Positions 60,691 to 64,000 of a stretch of 64,000 nucleotides of DNA are shown piece after piece (position 1 is the stretch's first letter; each line of letters begins with the position of its first letter). Source of the DNA: Spirochaetia bacterium (GTDB taxonomy: Bacteria; Spirochaetota; Spirochaetia; SZUA-6; Bin103); contig CBDBDQ010000005.1 of assembly GCA_965203905.1 (NCBI GenBank), positions 6,336,001 to 6,400,000 on the forward strand. The letters run 5' to 3'. Made by a program: the position numbers and the translations under genes. The notes under the pieces are model-generated. The model was not told the DNA's origin, did not search any database, and saw only the letters and a program-made list of their open reading frames with translations.

Positions 60691-61568
60691 TCCTTTACCG
60701 CTCCCACCAGGATCCCCTTGATGAAGTAGCGCTGCAGGAACGGGTAGACCAGCACGATGGGAACGATCGTCACGATCATGGTCGCGAACTGCATGCCGTC
60801 GGGATGCAGGTAGAACGAGTTGGCCTCCTCCACCATCGTCTGCGCCGCCTCGGCGGTGAAATCTCCCATGCTGCTCTGCTTGATGACGCGTACCAGCAGT
60901 GCCTGCAGCGTGTCCAGCCAGCGCGACCGCGTGAAGTACACGGTATCCAGCCACGAGTTCCACTGCGCGACCCCGGCGAACAGCGCGATGGCGGCCACCA
61001 CCGGCGCCGAAATCGGCAGGTACACGGATCCGAACACGCGCAGCCAGCCGGCGCCGTCGACGCGTGCCGATTCCTCCAGGGAAACCGGAATCTCGTTGAA
61101 CTGGGCCATGAAGATGACCACGTAGAAGAAGCTGAACAGGTTCGGCAGCAGATACACCAGGAACCGGTCCAGCAGCCCCAGCGCCCGCAGGTTGAGGTAG
61201 ACGGGAATCAGCCCCCCGGAAAAGAACAGCGGAATGGTGAACAGAACCAGGTACAGATTGCGCCCGGGAAGGTTGCGCTTGCGCAGGGCGAAGGCGCACA
61301 GGGCGCAGTTCAGCACCGTCAGCACGGTGCCCGCCACGGTACGGCTCACCGACATCAGGAACGCGTTCAACAGCAGCCCGTTGCCGAAGATGATCTCGTA
61401 GTTGCGCAGCGTCAGGCGCTCGGCCAACAGCCACACGGGACCGAAGTAGAGCCTGTCGTTGAGCGAGTTGACGGCGAAATACCAGAACGGGTAGAGAATG
61501 CCGAGCGCCAGCACCAGGATGGGCAGGTAGACGCCCAGATACACGGCCAGCGTCGGGCGCCGGAGCAT
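60687..61568 (-). CDS. Carbohydrate ABC permease (MalG/LplC type), copy B
   Basis: FSGGLIP.Y, SLEESARVDGA, QWNSW, YPFLQRYFIKG. Confidence 0.92.
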   Translation of the reverse strand: MLRRPTLAVYLGVYLPILVLALGILYPFWYFAVNSLNDRLYFGPVWLLAERLTLRNYEIIFGNGLLLNAFLMSVSRTVAGTVLTVLNCALCAFALRKRNLPGRNLYLVLFTIPLFFSGGLIPVYLNLRALGLLDRFLVYLLPNLFSFFYVVIFMAQFNEIPVSLEESARVDGAGWLRVFGSVYLPISAPVVAAIALFAGVAQWNSWLDTVYFTRSRWLDTLQALLVRVIKQSSMGDFTAEAAQTMVEEANSFYLHPDGMQFATMIVTIVPIVLVYPFLQRYFIKGILVGAVKE

Positions 61569-61576
61569 GCCGTGTG

Positions 61577-62488
61577 CTACCCCTTGATGGAGCCGATCAG
61601 GATGCCCTTGATGAAGTAGCGCTGCAGGAACGGATACACCATCACGATCGGAATGACCGTGACCAGCATGGTCGCGAACTGCACGCCCTCGGGGTTCAGG
61701 TAGTTGGCCACGGTCTCTTCCTGCAGCGCCGCCATCTCCTGCACGAAGCTGCCCAGGCTGCTCTGCTTGATGATGCGCAGCAGGACCGCCTGCAGCGTCT
61801 CCAGGCTTTCCGAGCGGGTGAAGTACAAGGTGTCGAACCAGGAGTTCCACTGCGCCACGCCGGCGAACAGGGCGATGGCGGCGATCATCGGCATCGATAT
61901 GGGGAAGTAGATCCGCACGAAGATGCGGAAGTAGCCGGCCCCGTCGATGCGCGCCGAATCTTCCAGCGACGATGGCAGGTCGTTGAAGCTGGTCATCATG
62001 ATGATGACGTAGAAGAACGAGAACAGGTTCGGCAGGATGTAGACCAGGAAGTGGTCCAGCAGTCCCAGGAAGCGGAAGTTCAGGTAGATCGGGATCAGGC
62101 CGCCCGAGAAGAACAGCGGCACGGCGAACAGCGCCAGGTACCAGTTGCGGAACGGCAGGTTGGGCTTGCGCAGCGCGAACGCGCACATGGCGCAGTTGAA
62201 CACCGTCACCACGGTGCCGATCACGGTGCGCAGCGTCGATGTCACGAAGGCGTTCAGCAGGCGGTCGTTGGCGAAGATCACCTGGTAGTTTCTGAGGGTG
62301 TAGTCCGGGGGCAGCAGGTACGCGGGCGCGGCAATGAGCTGGGTGTTCACCGAGTTGATCAGGTAGTAGTAGAACGGGTAGATGATGGACAGGCTGAGCA
62401 CCACGATCGGCACGTAGATGCCGACGTACATCAGCGGCGTGACCCGCCGGTGGTGCGCGAGGAGGCCGGGCTGAGCTCTGCCGGCCAT
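61577..62488 (-). CDS. Carbohydrate ABC permease (MalG/LplC type), copy A
   Basis: Same motifs, SLEDSARIDGA. Confidence 0.92.
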   Translation of the reverse strand: MAGRAQPGLLAHHRRVTPLMYVGIYVPIVVLSLSIIYPFYYYLINSVNTQLIAAPAYLLPPDYTLRNYQVIFANDRLLNAFVTSTLRTVIGTVVTVFNCAMCAFALRKPNLPFRNWYLALFAVPLFFSGGLIPIYLNFRFLGLLDHFLVYILPNLFSFFYVIIMMTSFNDLPSSLEDSARIDGAGYFRIFVRIYFPISMPMIAAIALFAGVAQWNSWFDTLYFTRSESLETLQAVLLRIIKQSSLGSFVQEMAALQEETVANYLNPEGVQFATMLVTVIPIVMVYPFLQRYFIKGILIGSIKG

Positions 62489-63462
62489 CAGAACAGCCCC
62501 TTGCCGGTGAGCCGCTTGCTGAGCTTGTTGACGGTGAGCAGGATCGCCAGGTTGATCACCGACTTGAACAGGCCCGCGGCGGTGGCGTAGGAGTAGCGGC
62601 CGTGCTCCAGACCAACCCGCAGGATCAGCGTGTCCAGGATGTCCGACACGCCGCGGTTGAACTGGTTGCCGAGCACGAACACCTGGTCGAAGGTGTCGCC
62701 GGTGCCCTGCATGATCTGCGAGCAGCGCAGGATCAGCAGGATCATGAAGGTGCCGAGCAGGTGCGGCCAGGTGATGTGAATCGCCTTGATCCAGCGCCCG
62801 CCGCCGTCGATCTCGCACGCCTCGTACATCTCCTGGTCGATGCCGGCGATCACCGCCAGGTAGATGATCGAGCCCCAGCCTACCTCCTTCCAGAAGTCGG
62901 ACAGGACCAGCAGCGGCCAGAAGAACGACTTGTCGGCGATCAGGTCGATCGGCTCAGCGACCAGCCCGATGCTGAGCAGCAGCGCGTTGAGCGGTGATTC
63001 CGGGGTGGGTCGCAGAAAGTTGTACATCATGCCGCCCACCACCACCCAGGAGATGAAGTGCGGGAGGTAGGAAACGGTCTGCATCGTCTTCTTGAAGCCG
63101 GGCTGGATCACCTCGTTCAGCATCAGCGCCAGCATCACCGGCGGCAGCGAGAGCAGCCCCAGCTTGAGCACCGAGATCACCAGGGTGTTGCGCAATACCA
63201 CGCTGAAGTTGGGCGCCTTGAAGAAATCGATGAAGTGCTCCAAGCCGCCGTTGAAGGCCCACGGACTGGCCCAGATGCCGGTGAACACGTCGTAGCGCTT
63301 GAAGGCGATGATGATGCCGTAGAGCGGCAGGTAGTTGAACAGAATGGTGGCCAGCAGCGACGGCAGGATCATCAGGTGCAGCATGTGGATGCCCTGGTCG
63401 GCCCACTTCCGCCGTCTGCGCGTGAGCAGTCCGGCCCGGGTCTGTTGGGTGAGTTCGCTCAT
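62488..63462 (-). CDS. Carbohydrate ABC permease (MalF/LplB type)
   Basis: YLPHFISWVVV, WKEVGWGSIIYLA, ATAAGLFKSV. Confidence 0.92.
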   Translation of the reverse strand: MSELTQQTRAGLLTRRRRKWADQGIHMLHLMILPSLLATILFNYLPLYGIIIAFKRYDVFTGIWASPWAFNGGLEHFIDFFKAPNFSVVLRNTLVISVLKLGLLSLPPVMLALMLNEVIQPGFKKTMQTVSYLPHFISWVVVGGMMYNFLRPTPESPLNALLLSIGLVAEPIDLIADKSFFWPLLVLSDFWKEVGWGSIIYLAVIAGIDQEMYEACEIDGGGRWIKAIHITWPHLLGTFMILLILRCSQIMQGTGDTFDQVFVLGNQFNRGVSDILDTLILRVGLEHGRYSYATAAGLFKSVINLAILLTVNKLSKRLTGKGLF

Positions 63463-63547
63463 CGCGCCACCAGTAGTAGCAAAGGGGCGGCGTCGCGCGT
63501 CGGCTACGCGCGCCACCACCCCTCGCGGTTGCTAAACGGGTCGACCC

Positions 63548-64000
63548 CTACAGGCCGACGCTGTACTTCTCGACGCGCGCGTCGTGTCCGTCCAGCACCT
63601 GGGTGTACCAGGCATTGAGCTTGGCCAGACCCAGATCGCGCATGGTGGAGATCATCGCGTCGTAGCCGGCCTGAACCTGGTCAGCCGGCCCTGAAATGAT
63701 CTCGAAGATCTGCGTGCTGTAGTAGTCCTTGATGGTCGCCGCGATCTTCTCCTCCTCGGAACCGGCGGTGTAGTTGTCCACGCCGCGGAACTTCGTCAGG
63801 TCGGTGTAGTTGGCGAACGCGGTCGAGTAGACCTGCTGCCCGACGTCGTCCAGGAACATGAAGCCCTGCGACTCGCCCCAGTACTTGTCGCGGAACAGGT
63901 ACATGGCGGTCAGGCCGTACTTGGCGCGCGACACCTGCGGCGGGTGCTCCGACATGTACTCGCGCACGTGGTCTCTCACCACCGGGATGTCCCAGCCTTC
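63548..64000 (-). CDS. ABC extracellular solute-binding protein, 3' part
   Basis: Open frame to the window edge, upstream of the permeases; YD.M...M...GL C-terminal helix. Confidence 0.65.
   Translation of the reverse strand, partial: EGWDIPVVRDHVREYMSEHPPQVSRAKYGLTAMYLFRDKYWGESQGFMFLDDVGQQVYSTAFANYTDLTKFRGVDNYTAGSEEEKIAATIKDYYSTQIFEIISGPADQVQAGYDAMISTMRDLGLAKLNAWYTQVLDGHDARVEKYSVGL

Overview
This is a very GC-rich bacterial window. I infer a spirochaete, probably host- or sponge-associated, from the 'FAGGEDE' signal-peptide end of UrtA and from gene content (PhyH-HEAT, AAA/PD-(D/E)XK, ASPIC-UnbV, urt/ure). From left to right it contains: (1) a lower-GC defence-type island (1-3600) with a broken PemK/MazF-like toxin whose 3' end holds a sigma70-like promoter for a ~125-nt multi-hairpin RNA with its own terminator, a McrA-like HNH nuclease and a DUF3800 gene; (2) small catabolic genes and a DtxR regulator; (3) an unusual lipid/glycolipid cluster (8.4-20.4 kb) with MMPL, GT1, an extended SDR, a fused active+inactive OleA/FabH-like synthase, LuxE-like and LuxC-like genes without luciferase, an OleD-like reductase and a membrane protein; (4) a DUF222-like HNH gene, dehydrogenases, two tandem beta-barrel OMPs, DegT/Gfo, PhyH-HEAT, TauE and a Wzi-like OMP; (5) a second MMPL+GT1 block with GNAT and PIG-L deacetylase; (6) urtABCDE-ureABC-ureFG with a sigma54 promoter, no ureE, and ureD about 8 kb away; (7) a scrambled 8-kb mosaic with a ~2.6-kb tandem duplication of an AAA-PD-(D/E)XK gene, GH32 pieces and IS remnants; (8) a sugar ABC operon with three permeases coupled to an ASPIC/UnbV FG-GAP protein. 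I found no CRISPR array, tRNA, rRNA or reverse transcriptase. Family calls come from motif recognition by eye; no searches were run. Several single-base frameshifts may be consensus errors.
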